DNA of 64,000 bases, taken from assembly GCF_006345805.1 (NCBI RefSeq), contig NC_043001.1, positions 84,444,001-84,508,000 of the forward strand. The letters are read 5' to 3'. Made by a program: the position numbers and the translations under genes. This document shows positions 50,938-63,222 of this stretch, one piece after another (positions within the stretch are counted from its first letter, which is position 1; every line of letters starts with the position of its first letter). The notes under the pieces were generated by a model. The model worked only from the letters and a program-made list of their open reading frames with translations. It did no database searches and was not told where the DNA came from. Origin of the DNA: Octopus sinensis. Lineage: Eukaryota.

Positions 50938-51051
50938 GTATATATATAAATATATATATATATATATAGGGAGAATTCAAAATCAAAAGACGAAGGCAGG
51001 TGGTCTAGACAACAGATGTATTAGTATAACGCTCGGGAAGTGAAAAAAAGG

Positions 51052-51087
51052 CTTTAACGTTTCGAGCCTATGCTCTTCCACAGAAAG
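51052..51087 (-). ncRNA. HHR-like motif with non-canonical core (CUGUGGA)
   Basis: CTTT-CTGTGGA-A-GAGC(ATAG)GCTC-GAAAC-GTT-AAAG: perfect stems I and II. Confidence 0.55.
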
Positions 51088-51214
51088 GAACACTGAAAGA
51101 AACAAGGAGAGAAAAGTGTTGTCTCTAACGACCTATCATGGCGAAGGCCGGACAGAAGGGTCACACAGGAGAGCTAGGGAGAAGGGAAAGTGCACTTGCA
51201 TAAATATATATATA

Positions 51215-51245
<31 letters not shown>

Positions 51246-51287
51246 GAGATAGAGAGAGAGAGAGAGTGAGTGAGAGAGAGAGAGAGA

Positions 51288-51569
51288 TTGTGACTTAGTT
51301 GTTCAAATATTTGGTTCATGATTGCGAGTTCGATTCCCGGCGGCGTGTTGCCTCCTTGAGGAGTCCACTCAGCTAGTAAAAATTTGTCCTTGTAATTCAA
51401 AGGGCCAGCCTTGACACATTCTGTGTCACGCTGAATCTCTTTGAGAACTATGCTACGGATACGGGTGTCTGTGGAGTACTCTGTCACTTGCACGTTAATT
51501 TCACGAGTGAAGCTGTTCCGCTGATCGTATGAACTGCAATATTCATCGCGGTAACCGATGGAGTGCCAG
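51288..51569 (+). mobile_element. Decayed family-1 SINE
   Basis: GAGTTCGATTCCCGG..TCAAAGGGCCAGCCTTG..CACTTGCACGTTAATTTCACGAG..GTAACCGATGGAGTGCCAG parallels 39550-40108. Confidence 0.8.
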
Positions 51570-51576
51570 TTATATG

Positions 51577-51635
<59 letters not shown>

Positions 51636-52053
51636 TATATATATATTTATACACAATTTAGTCGAAGTAATCGACCCCTGCAGTAATTAGCTTTTAGAGT
51701 GTGATACTTATTCCAGTGATCTCTTTCGCTGAACCGATAAGAAAACAACCAAGACCAATTGTCAAACAGTGGTGGTGATCAAACATACATATAAATGACA
51801 CCCACTACACACATACACATACACGCACACTCATTCACGCACGTATATACACATATATATCTTCATATACATACATACATACATACATACATACATACAT
51901 ACATACATACATACATACATACATACATACATGCATATAAATATATACAAGCAAAAATTTAGATTCAGATGAATATGGTGCTTAAGTTGAGGCACCAGAA
52001 TTTAGTACAGTATTATCCATACAATTTCAAAATAAGGTGATTAAAATCAAAAT

Positions 52054-52221
52054 AAGCAACAGGGATATCCAAAGGTAATGCAGTACGATCGTTTCAAGCA
52101 ACTCCATTTAATTGAACAATGCAATCATTACATCAATTTAAATGCAGAGCAATTCTCAGCTGCATAAATGGAGTTGCTTGAAACGATCGTACTGCATTAT
52201 CTCTGGACATCCTTGTTGCTT
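52054..52221. repeat. Fold-back (~55-bp arms) containing GAAAC-GATC-GTA
   Basis: TAATGCAGTACGATCGTTTCAAGCAACTCCATTTA / TAAATGGAGTTGCTTGAAACGATCGTACTGCATTA. Confidence 0.9.
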
Positions 52222-52260
52222 TTTTCTCTCCTTGTTTCTCTCCTTGTTTTTTCTGTGTCC

Positions 52261-52296
52261 CTTTCTGTAGAAGAGCGTAGGCTCGAAACGTAAAAT
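52261..52296 (+). ncRNA. HHR-like motif with non-canonical core (CUGUAGA)
   Basis: CTTT-CTGTAGA-A-GAGC(GTAG)GCTC-GAAAC-GTA-AAAT. Lies in a repeat (52225-52385) homologous and inverted relative to 50968-51115. Confidence 0.55.
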
Positions 52297-52385
52297 ACTT
52301 TTTCAATTCCTGAGCGTTATACTAATACATCTGTTTGTTTTGTACACCACCTGTCTTCGTCTTTTTTTTTCGTGAACTCTCCCTG

Positions 52386-52433
<48 letters not shown>

Positions 52434-52785
52434 CGAGAGAGAGAGATTGATCGATAAATAGCTAGATAGATAAATAGAAAGAAAGATAGATAGTTACACA
52501 TATACGATTGTCTTCTTTCATTTTCCGCCTTCTAAATCCATTTAGAAGCCATTAGATAGCCCGGAGCTATAATAGAATACACACAGCCAAGTTTATATAA
52601 TAACCAGAAATGAGTCTGATGAAGGTAGCATTAATTTTCTCTGGTCATTCAATTTACCTCAGTTGATCAATAGACCAAATGAATAAACATATCAATAATT
52701 TGACTATAAAGTCTACTGGATACAGCTGTAACCCAATCTGGTCCAAATATGGAAAAATATGCAACAACCGTTATTTTAAATTGTT

Positions 52786-52850
<65 letters not shown>

Positions 52851-52982
52851 TTACATATATATATATATATATATATTATATTAAAGTAGAGATAAAACCA
52901 CTATTAGGCAAATCAAACAATGAAAAACATAAGCCAATACATAAAATTAATTTACAATTTGAAGATCTTAAATATAAATAAA

Positions 52983-53219
52983 TACATAAACAACGATATT
53001 TACATAAGGAAAATATTATTACACCAAAGACTTATACAATATTAAAATTTACAATTTGAATTTCTTAAATATAAATAAATACTTATCTTAGCGAGGTTTA
53101 CTAAACCTCGCTAAGATAAGTATTTATTTATATTTAAGAAATTCAAATTGTAAATTTTAATATTGTATAAGTCTTTGGTGTAATAATATTTTCCTTATGT
53201 AAATATCGTTGTTTATGTA
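52983..53219. repeat. Perfect 237-bp palindrome (118-bp arms, 1-nt centre at 53101)
   Basis: ..AATACTTATCTTAGCGAGGTTTA-C-TAAACCTCGCTAAGATAAGTATT.. No mismatch found by eye. Confidence 0.95.
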
Positions 53220-54030
53220 ATGATCTAATTATCGTAATTTTCTATATTATTAGATATTAAATTTAAGATTATTCGTAAGATACTACTTAGCGATATATTT
53301 GTTGTTTGATAGCAAGTATACGAGGTGTATAAAGTTAGGCTTTTGTATATACATGTTTTAATAGTATTAATTGTAGTTTTAAATTCCTTATAATTAAATT
53401 AGATAAACTTTGATAAACCTAGATATGTTTCGACTAAAGATTGGTCCAGGCCATGTCTAATTTAATAGCATAACTTAGTTATTGTTTTTTTAAATTGATA
53501 TTCGCTAGTTATTCCCATTGATAATTATATTTATAGTATTTATAGTATTTATTCGATACTATATTACTACGAATTGATTATTTATATAAGTATTTTACAT
53601 AAGATTTCCGAAAGTTCGTTTAAGTTTGTTATTTGTATTTTGAAATTAGCTATTTCATCTTTAAATATGAAAACTTAATTTATTAGGTTTTTATTATGTG
53701 CATATATATTTATTTATAGAGATTATTTTAGATCTTAATTATAATATTTATATATATTTATATATTTTCATTGATAATTTATATATAATAGTCATTTTAA
53801 AATTATTTAGTAATAGATATAGATTAATACCGATATTAGATTATTGGTGGGTTTCCTACCTTATAAATTAAAATTAATATTTAACATTATAGTCGATTTT
53901 GATATAATCATAATTGTTAAGTTTTATGTTTCTAGTTTGATAATAGAGTTTATTATAAGTAAAAATATTATATTATTTATATCTTAAAAATATTCTTTAA
54001 ATATTCTGATTATTTTTTAGATATTTCAAT

Positions 54031-54123
54031 TAACCTGAAGATTGACTGTAACCATAACTCGAATTATTTGAATTTAAATTATTGTTATTCGAATTGTACA
54101 GCCATTGAAACGATCGTAGTGTT
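54031..54123 (+). ncRNA. Hammerhead ribozyme with long stem II; core intact, stems eroded
   Basis: TAAC-CTGAAGA-TTGACTGTA..(~46 nt)..TACAGCCATT-GAAAC-GATC-GTA-GTGTT. Stem I has only ~2 bp and the base of stem II is mismatched. Confidence 0.6.
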
Positions 54124-54747
54124 TTCTTTATCTTTTATTAAACTTTAATACTTTTGATATATATTTAAAATAATTTAAATTAAATTAATTTTATGTATTG
54201 CCTTATGTTCATTGTTTGATTTGCCTAATAGTGGTTTTATCTCTAATTTAATATAATATAATATATTTATACTATAAAATTGGATTTAATCCTAAATCTG
54301 ATTTTTCCTTGTAAGTTTGGATTTATTCCCTAATATTTTATTATTAATTTATATATATATATATATATATATGGCGTAGATTCAGAGGAAATATATCCCA
54401 ACCGTCGATGACACTGGGTAGCCAAAACTGTGAACGTGCTTTACTCAACGCACGAATTGACATATACCCATATCAGTCCCAAAAATTACGTTACATATAA
54501 ATATGTATCTAATCCAAATAATAAGAGGACAAAGAAATTCTTTAACACATCTCTAAGGAATTTCTTTGTCTTATTATCTAGATTATAATCAACTCTTCGC
54601 CAAGCCAACATTACAGCGTGGCCATCGTCCAGGATTTTCAACACTAGAAGTTTCTGGCATTAGTTTGGTACCCGACAATGATGAACCCTCGAGATTCTGG
54701 TTGAGTGTTTCCCTCGATATAGTCTACCAGGACCTAATACACACACA

Positions 54748-54847
<100 letters not shown>

Positions 54848-55396
54848 TATAGCCTTTTTCTAACTACTGGTTCAGTTCCTCTGCATAGCAACTTGGCTAA
54901 GTGTCGTCAACAATAGCCTCGGTCCGATTACTGTCTTGTAAATTTAGCATTCATAGTAATTTTTCTATCGTCTTGACTTACCAGTCCTGACCGTTTGTTT
55001 TTACTGTCTTGTTCTTGTTACCACTTTCACCCTCCGCATAAAATCCCAAATTTTATTTAATTTGCTTTGCGGGAAGGACTGTTACAACGATCTCGCGTAT
55101 TGTCCTTACCTTTGAAAAGTTGAGTAGATGAAACAGGGACAACTGATGAAGAGGAATATTCTTTATGTTGCATGTCTAGTTTCTCTGTTTGTTTTTTTCG
55201 TTGTTCGAAAAAAAGTTCCTTTTCTATGTTTTTTTTTATTCCTGTACCCATATATGCATGTGTATATATACATATATATGTAGGTATATACATATATGTA
55301 TATATGCATATATTTATATATTATTTATATTATCTTATATTATTTTATATTATTATATATATTATATTATATTATATTATAATATATATATATATA

Positions 55397-55438
<42 letters not shown>

Positions 55439-55761
55439 TGTATGTATGTATATGTATATATATAAGTATATAAGCAAGTAGGTAAGAAAAGTAACACTTA
55501 ACATACATGGAATTGTATTTAAGAAAAGATGATTTAGCACTTTGTTTCATGAAGTTGCATGGGAACAGAACGTATTCACATCGTCAGATACACGGCGTCA
55601 TTGTCCGGACGATGTAGCACAAGAGTCTAATCTTATGGAACTTTAAATAATATGAGGTGGAATCATACTCTTAGGAATGCAACTCCAACGAAATGTGTCA
55701 AGTGCTACCTTCTTTCGTTGTTCACCTACTCACTTACATACATAATACATAATACATACAA

Positions 55762-55833
<72 letters not shown>

Positions 55834-55960
55834 ATATATATATACACGTATATAAATTATCTGTATAAAAACTTCGTTGGAAATAGATGTGTCGCGTTCA
55901 ATTAAATAACAAATAGTAAATAATGTATAATATATAATATATATACGCACCCACATGCAC

Positions 55961-56276
55961 ACACATGCATATATGGGTGCAGGACATCACAGACTGTGCA
56001 AATAACATGAAATACGTAAACGACGAGAAAAAAAATGGAAAAACGGACAATTAAGCACAGAAAAAGGACCTTTCTCAGTTGTCGGTTTTCTATCTACTCC
56101 TGATTTGAATGTTCGAAATGAGGAGCAGATAGACAGCCGACAACTGATGAAGGGTCCTTTCTTTGTGTTTACTTGTCCTGTTTTTCATATTTTACTCGTT
56201 GCTTACGTATTTAAATCGTTTGTTTACGTATTTCATGTTATTTGCACCGTTGGTGATGTCCTGTATCCATATATGC

Positions 56277-56282
<6 letters not shown>
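55961..56282. repeat. Fold-back, ~150-bp imperfect arms
   Basis: CATGCATATATGG..AAAAAGGACCTTTCTCAGTTGTCGG / CCGACAACTGATGAAGGGTCCTTT..CCATATATGCATGTGT. Confidence 0.85.
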
Positions 56283-56315
<33 letters not shown>

Positions 56316-56501
56316 CATGCATGAATACATATACATATATATACATATTCTTTTATTCTTTTACTTGTTTCAGTCATTTGGCTACAGCCATACTAGAGCA
56401 CCACTTTTAGTCAAGAAAATAGACCTCAGGATTTATTCTTTGTAAGCCTAGTACTTTTTCTATCGTCTATACATATATAGCTACACGCACACACACACAT
56501 A

Positions 56502-56583
<82 letters not shown>

Positions 56584-56587
<4 letters not shown>

Positions 56588-57490
56588 GTCATCACATAAC
56601 TAATGCAGATTTTTAATTGCATAAAATAAAAGTCGGAGAGTGACGGAATAAATTACCTGCATCAATTTGCTATAAAAGCACGTAGTAATTGTATCTTGTA
56701 CTTAATCTTCATGCAAGTTTTGCAGTATGCAGTTCGATTTTAATTGCTATTTTTTCAAAGCTATAATGGAAGTGACAAAGGAGCATATTGGGCACATTTC
56801 ACTTTATTAGTTTAATAACAGCAATAACACAACGGAAAGTGTGAGAAATATTAATGAAATATAAGGAGATCGGATAGTAAATGTAAGCCAGTGTGAATAG
56901 TGGTTCCAGAAATTCTGAGTCGGAAACTACAGCCCAGAAAGCGAACCTCGTCCTGGAAGATCTGTGGAGCTCGATGAGAACGTCCTGCAAAGTTTGGTGG
57001 AAAAAAACCCATCGTAACTTTTGAGGAGCTAGCAGAGAAGCTTGAATATGGTCATTCAATCAGTCATTCAAGTCAACGCTAGAAGGAAAACGACCCTCTT
57101 TGTTTGCAAGACGAGAGTTATTCTTCCATCAGGACAATGCCCGGCCACATACAGCGAGGATGACATTCCAAAGGCCGGAGCAGTTTGAATGGGAAACGAT
57201 GCCCCACCTGCCATATTCGCCGGACATTTCCCCATCTTATTATTTATTCCGCAGTTTTCAGAATCATTTGGAAGGAAAAAATATGAATTCTGTTGACGAG
57301 GTCAGAATAATATTGAAGGAGTATTTTTCGTCATGGACAAGTGAATTTGGAAAAAGGGCCTAGCAAGTCTACCAGATAGACGAAAGAGCATTGTAGAAAA
57401 TGAATGAGAGTATATTTTGGATTGAAAGAGAAATTTGTTGATCTTAATTTTGAAAATTAAAAGAAGTATGAAGAACCGCATTATTTATGC
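56584..57490 (+). mobile_element. Mariner transposon, internally deleted and pseudogenised
   Basis: TA-TTGGGTCATCACATAACTAATGCAG TIR with a partial right TIR (CCGCATTATTTATG). MEVTKEHIGH..WFQKF..EPRPGRSVELDE, then FHQDNARPHTA..HLPYSPDISPSYYLFRSFQNHL. Confidence 0.93.
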
Positions 57491-57705
57491 CTGCAAAAGG
57501 TTTTGCGTCTGAAACGTTGGAGCACTACATTCTCTTTTTTTGCCAATAGCATATTGTCATCTCGTCTCTCTATGCTGGGCTTTAATTAGAGCTACTGGGT
57601 TTGAATATGCGTTACATATACATTCATTCCATACATAAAGGTATGTGTATATACATAGCATACATATGTGCACATACACATATATACACATACATGAATA
57701 TCTCG

Positions 57706-57751
<46 letters not shown>

Positions 57752-57864
57752 AGTGATATGTGTATATATATATGTAAGAGATATGTGTGGGCATATATTT
57801 ATGTCTCAGACACATACTTCACATAAGCATACAAGCGATCACAGACACAAGAGATCACTCAAAC

Positions 57865-58143
57865 ATAGACACTAGCACACAGACAGACACACACACACGG
57901 ACACACACATGGACACACACACACACATATGGAATGACAGACACGCACAAACATACAGACATACACACGCCCATAGACACTAGCACACACACAGACACAC
58001 ACGGACACAAACATGGACACACACACACACACGGACACACACATGGACACCACACACACACGGACACACACATGGACACACACACACACACACATATAGA
58101 ATGACACACACACACAAACATACAGACATACACACGTCCATAC
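57865..58143 (+). repeat. CA-rich minisatellite (~107-bp unit with GGACAC subrepeats)
   Basis: ATAGACACTAGCACAC..ACGGACAC..ATGGACAC..GAATGAC..AAACATACAGACATACACACG occurs twice. Confidence 0.8.
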
Positions 58144-58804
58144 ATGTGTTTGTACGTGTGTTGAGAATCCCCGAACTATCATTTACCGGTAAAATCTTTC
58201 AATTTCTGAGAAATTGCAAAATTTCAAACAGCACAAATTAACATCAACAATGTCAGGTGGGTCATATTTATATAGCAGACGGATTATTCCTTGAATAGGA
58301 TTATCAAATTTTGGTGTGGAGTAGGGAATGTAAATACACATCACAATGGTGCTCACATTTATAGTAATCACGCCTTCTCTATTTTCTTAACTGAATTGTT
58401 TGTCTCCTGATATACAAAGCGTTTTGTGAAAGTAAATAAAACTCTGAAAGAATTGTGCGATTCCCACCTAGATATTAGCTGCTGATATATCAAGAGGCCA
58501 CATTTGACATCTATTTATCTGTTGCTTATTTGCATTAGAATGCGGCCATGCTGGTGCACGGCCTTCAAGGGTTTAGTAAGACATTTCAACACTAGTGCCT
58601 ATGTTTTATTCTAAACCTGATACTCATTCTATAGGTCTCATTTTATCGAACTAGTAAGCTATGGGGACGTAAACAAACCAACAGTGTTTGTCAAGCGGTG
58701 TTGGGAGACAAGCACTAACACAGGTACACGGACATATACTGTATATATTATATATATATATATATATAATATAATATATGTATATATATATATATATAAT
58801 ATAT

Positions 58805-58860
<56 letters not shown>

Positions 58861-59742
58861 TATATATATATAGGTGTGTGTGTGTGTGTGTACTCTCTCT
58901 CTCTTTTACTCTTTTACTTGTTTCAGTCATTTGACTGCGGCCATGCTGGAGCACCGCCTTTAATCGAGTACTTATTCTATCGGTCTCTTTGCCGTAGCTA
59001 ATGATGCAAACATCACATTATGGAGAGTATGCTTAGCAGTATGGTGGAATGGTTGAGAAATTCGCTTCGCAATTTTGAGGTCTAGGTTTCGATTCCATTG
59101 CGTGACAACTTAATCAAATGTCATTTTTACATTGTTATTGTGATTCAAAATGAGCTGACTGAAACTGCATAGAAGCTCCACGGATAGATCGTTCTTACTA
59201 TTCAAAGGTTCGACCTTGTCACACGCACGCACACACACACATACACACACATACTGTCATGCTATTCTGTCCGAGAATTACGTATAGAGTACACATGTAG
59301 CTGAACATTCTGTCTGTCTTATTAGCCACAGGTAATTAATTAATCGTGTCCAGCACATCGGATGTCCATAATGAGAACACTGCTTTCTCTTACAAGGAGA
59401 AAATTATGGTGTGTTGTTCAGTGTGGTACACATATCATTTCTGTCATTCTCTACTTTATCCATTTCTCTCTTATAGGCTCTGGTCTTGATAATTACAGTA
59501 ACAAGCTCGATGGTCTTGGCATTAATTGTCTCCCTTTTAAGCGTCTGTTTCAAGAGGTTTCAACCTCTTTAATATATAAGTCTAATTAGTCTATTGTGTC
59601 ATGTACAGTAGTAAGTTGTTTATACGCAATCAAAGAAGTTGCTAGTAATAGCAGCTACACTTCTTTCATATTGCTTCCTATCATGTGTAAAATAGCAACA
59701 TCGGTTGCGGAATTTAAATCTAAAACAGTGTGTTCATGCATT

Positions 59743-60200
59743 GCAGTGTTAGTTTTATCATGGTTACATTGGAGAGGCAACGATGGTTTTGAAATTTTCA
59801 AACGTTAAATGGAATTGTATGTTTATACACTGTAGTATTAGTTTGATCAGGAATACATTTGAATGTTAGAAATATCCTGAAGGCAAAAAGAAACAGTGTG
59901 CCGAACGTTAAGCACTCCGCTCATATATTGCAGTGTTAGTTTTATTATGAATTTATTCGAGGGTCACAAAGGCTCTGAGCGCTAAATGAAACAGTATAAA
60001 CGTTAAATGAAACAGTATAAACGTTAAATGAAACACAATGCTCATACATGGTAGTATTAGTATTATGAATACATTTGAGTGTCACAATGGTTCTGAAAGC
60101 TGAATGAAACCGTATGCCAAATGTTAAATAAAACGCTGTGGTCATACTTTTCCGAGATAGTCTTATCATGAATATATTTGAGTGTCAACAAAAGTTCTGA
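59743..60200. repeat. Degenerate ~90-120-bp tandem array, about 5 units
   Basis: Recurrent G(C/T)AGT(G/A)TTAGT..T(A/C)ATGAATA(C/T)ATTTGA(G/A)TGT, plus a 21-bp exact duplication TAAATGAAACAGTATAAACGT. Confidence 0.7.
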
Positions 60201-60784
60201 AACCTCCAAACTTTAAGCCACTATGTTGATTTAATATCAAGTGAACAAGTTGCAAATTACCATCAATTATTTTCGACAAATAACTCAATTCGTATGCCCT
60301 GAGACGAGGACCGTATGAAAGAAGAGGATGAAGAGATCAAATCATCAGGTTGATTTTGATAAGCGATATAACAAATAGCCATTGTACAGAATCTTGAAAA
60401 TACCGAAATCTACTTAGCAGATATGAAGGAAGTAGATTTTACAAGCAGATGGCTGTGGAAATATCATAACAGCATGCACGTCGTGGGCATCTATTTTTGT
60501 AGGATTTAATCGTCGTTATCTATGGGTGGATATATAACATTTAGCCAGCTAGAAATAGTTAGGTCATCTTGTACACACATCGTTAATATTCAATATATAA
60601 ATATACAGACATACAAATATAGACATACACACACACGCAAAACACACAAATTCTAACATGCAGGGATACACATATTTATTCATAGTTGTTTGTGTGCTGT
60701 ATGTTTCCCCTCAAAAGATAAATGCAGCCATTTATCTCTCTATATCTGCGTCTATACACACACACATATACATACATACATACA

Positions 60785-60816
<32 letters not shown>

Positions 60817-60899
60817 CATACAGGTACGATGATGCAAACAGGTAAAATAGGACTCAAAATATGAGTATATGTATACTTTTATTAATATTTAGCAGAAGA

Positions 60900-61400
60900 A
60901 AGCGGCGAGCTGGCAGAGCCTTAGCACGCTAGGCGAAATACTTAGCGGTATTTCGTTTGCCGTTACGTTGTGAGTTCAAATTCCGCCGAGGTCGACTTTG
61001 CCTTTCATCCTTTCTGGGTCGATAAATTAAGTACCAGATATAATCGACTTAATCCCTTTGTCTGTCCTGTGTTTAGCCCCTTGTGGGTAGTAAAGAAATA
61101 GGTATTTCGTCTGCCGTTACGTTCTGATTTCAAATACCTCCGAGGTCGACTTTGCTTTCATCCTTTCGGGGTCGCACTGGGGTCGATATAATTGACTTAA
61201 TCCATTTTTCTGTCCTTGTTTGTCCCCTTTGTGTGTATTTCGTCTGTCTTTACGTTCTTAGTTCAAATTCAGGCGAGGTCGACTTTGCCTTTCATCTTTT
61301 CGGGGTCGATAAATAAAGTACCAGTTGCGTACTGCGATTGATCTAATTGACTGGCCTCCTCCCCCCAAATTTCGGGCCTTGTGCATTGAGTAGAAAAGTA
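60900..61400 (+). mobile_element. Head-to-tail family-3 SINE trimer
   Basis: One headed copy (AAGCGGCGAGCTGGCAGAG) followed by two copies starting at GTATTTCGTC (61102, 61235). Confidence 0.88.
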
Positions 61401-62349
61401 TGTTTAGCAGAAGCAATAGAGTGACACAAAGGTCAAGATTTTCGTGCGTTGGCACTTATCAAACTAGTTACATATTTGTGTAAAGATACGTACAAGGTTT
61501 CTTTCTTTCAATATTTATTTATATATTTATGTAATACTTTTTGAAGAATATAACAGACACACAAAAAAAATACGAATTATCAACGTGATATTGCAATGGT
61601 TTTAAGATTCGATCTAGAACAATCCAGCGAAAAGTGTAATCCTCATCAGCTTTCCAACCCGTAACTACTTTCATAAGAGCCAACACACGAAACTCTCGGA
61701 CCTTGAGTTACTCTGTTGCTTTTGCTAAATATCAATATGTGTGTTTGTCTTTATGTGTGAGTGTGCGCGTGTATGGATTCTATGTTTGTTTTCGCACTAA
61801 AGTCATGGTGAACTACTTTTATAGCCGAATGTTGTCTTTATTTATGGCCGCCCTGAATCCAAAATTTTGCTGCAGTTTTCTTTATATCTGCCATCTCTAA
61901 TTTGTAGATTAGCTAATTTGTAGTGTGTGATATTCTGGTTAATCAGATGGTTAATCAGAGATACTAGAAAAATATGCGTCAATGTAATTTTGTAAAAATA
62001 TCCAATTAAACAATTTAGATAAGCAGGCATACAATTGTGGGGCTTTAAACATGTAGTTGTTACTGTGTACGTTGTTCCTGATACGAGTGTTTAGGGAGCT
62101 GGTTTGGAAGTTTTTTTTTCTTTTGAGTACGCCACAACTTTTTGCAAACTGACCTACAATAGCATATATATATATGTGTGTGTGCGTGTGTGTGTGTATG
62201 TATGTGTGTGTGTGTATATATATATATCTTGTTTTTTAAGAAAAACATAAATCCGGAGAAGCACACTCTGTCCTCATGTCTTTCAACCTTGTCCACCAAA
62301 CAACTTCTATCGCACAGTCACCAGCCAAAGGAAAGTTAATAATCATAAT

Positions 62350-62735
62350 AAAAATAATCGTTTCTACTATAGGTACAAAATCTGAAATTTGTAGGAAAGG
62401 GACAAGTCGATTACATCGACTCCAGTACCTAACTGCTGCTTATTTGATCGACCCCGAAATGATAAAAGGCAGAGTCGACCGCGAAGGTATTTGATCTTAG
62501 ACCGTCAGACAGACGAAATGCCTTTAATAAAAAATCCTTTCTACTATAGGCACAATGCCTGAATTTTTTCTTTGTGTGGGGGGACTAGTCAATTACATCT
62601 CCACTTGTACTCATTATATCGACCCCAAAAGGACGAACGGTAAAGTCAACCTCGGTGGAAATTGAACAGACTAAATACTGCAAAGCATTTTGACCGGTGT
62701 ACTAATGATTCTATCCGCTCGCCGCCTTCCTTAAT
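62350..62735 (-). mobile_element. Two decayed family-3 SINEs
   Basis: TTCTACTATAGG(T/C)ACAA..ATCGACCCC..GTC(G/A)ACC.. Confidence 0.75.
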
Positions 62736-62800
62736 AATGATAATAATAATAATGATAGTAGTAGTAGTAATAATAAATAATAATAATAATAATAATAAAT

Positions 62801-63222
62801 TAAGGCCAATAGGCCGGATATAGTTGTCAGAGATTATTTTAAAAAATGCTTTCTAATTGATGCATCACTACCAGCAGATGACAACGTTTCTCTAAAAGAA
62901 AGGGAGAAAGTTTCAAAATACAAAGACCTGGAAATAGAGGTAACTTGAATGTGGAATATAAACACAGAAACAATTCCTATCATCGTAGGCGCATTAGGTA
63001 TGATAAAAAAATATTCAGACAAATACATAACAAAAACACCAGGACTTACAAATATATACAACATACAGAAAATTGCACTACTGGACACGACACACATCCT
63101 ACGCAAAACACTTTCAATACAGTAACCATAAGAGCATCACAACAAACCACAGCACATACCCAAGGCACACAGAGCTGCGCTCGGTAGTGAAGTGAAAGCA
63201 CGCTATAGAAATAAAACTACTG
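62801..63222 (+). mobile_element. 5'-truncated R4/Dong-type RLE LINE inserted in (TAA)n
   Basis: ANRPDIVVRDYFKKCFLIDASLPADDNVSLKEREKVSKYKDLEIEVT*MW..TIPIIVGALG..IQKIALLDTTHILRKTL*, then a 3' UTR and TAA tail. TAA tracts on both sides. Confidence 0.9.

Larger units (their letters stand above)
52870..54345. mobile_element. PLE-like element with inverted terminal duplication
   Basis: 52870-52945 is the reverse complement of ~54175-54250. C-poor body, HHR at 54031-54123, same tail as 1100-1210. Confidence 0.6.

Noticed and set aside
58190-58295. Minus-strand ORF part [34 protein letters not shown] with a GTAAAT donor
   Set aside because: Mediocre acceptor, no recognisable family, and no frame link to the other exons.
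59743-60200. CRISPR-like periodicity (also 57865-58143, 36344-36456)
   Set aside because: Degenerate minisatellites without constant repeats and unique spacers, no cas genes, and a eukaryotic context.
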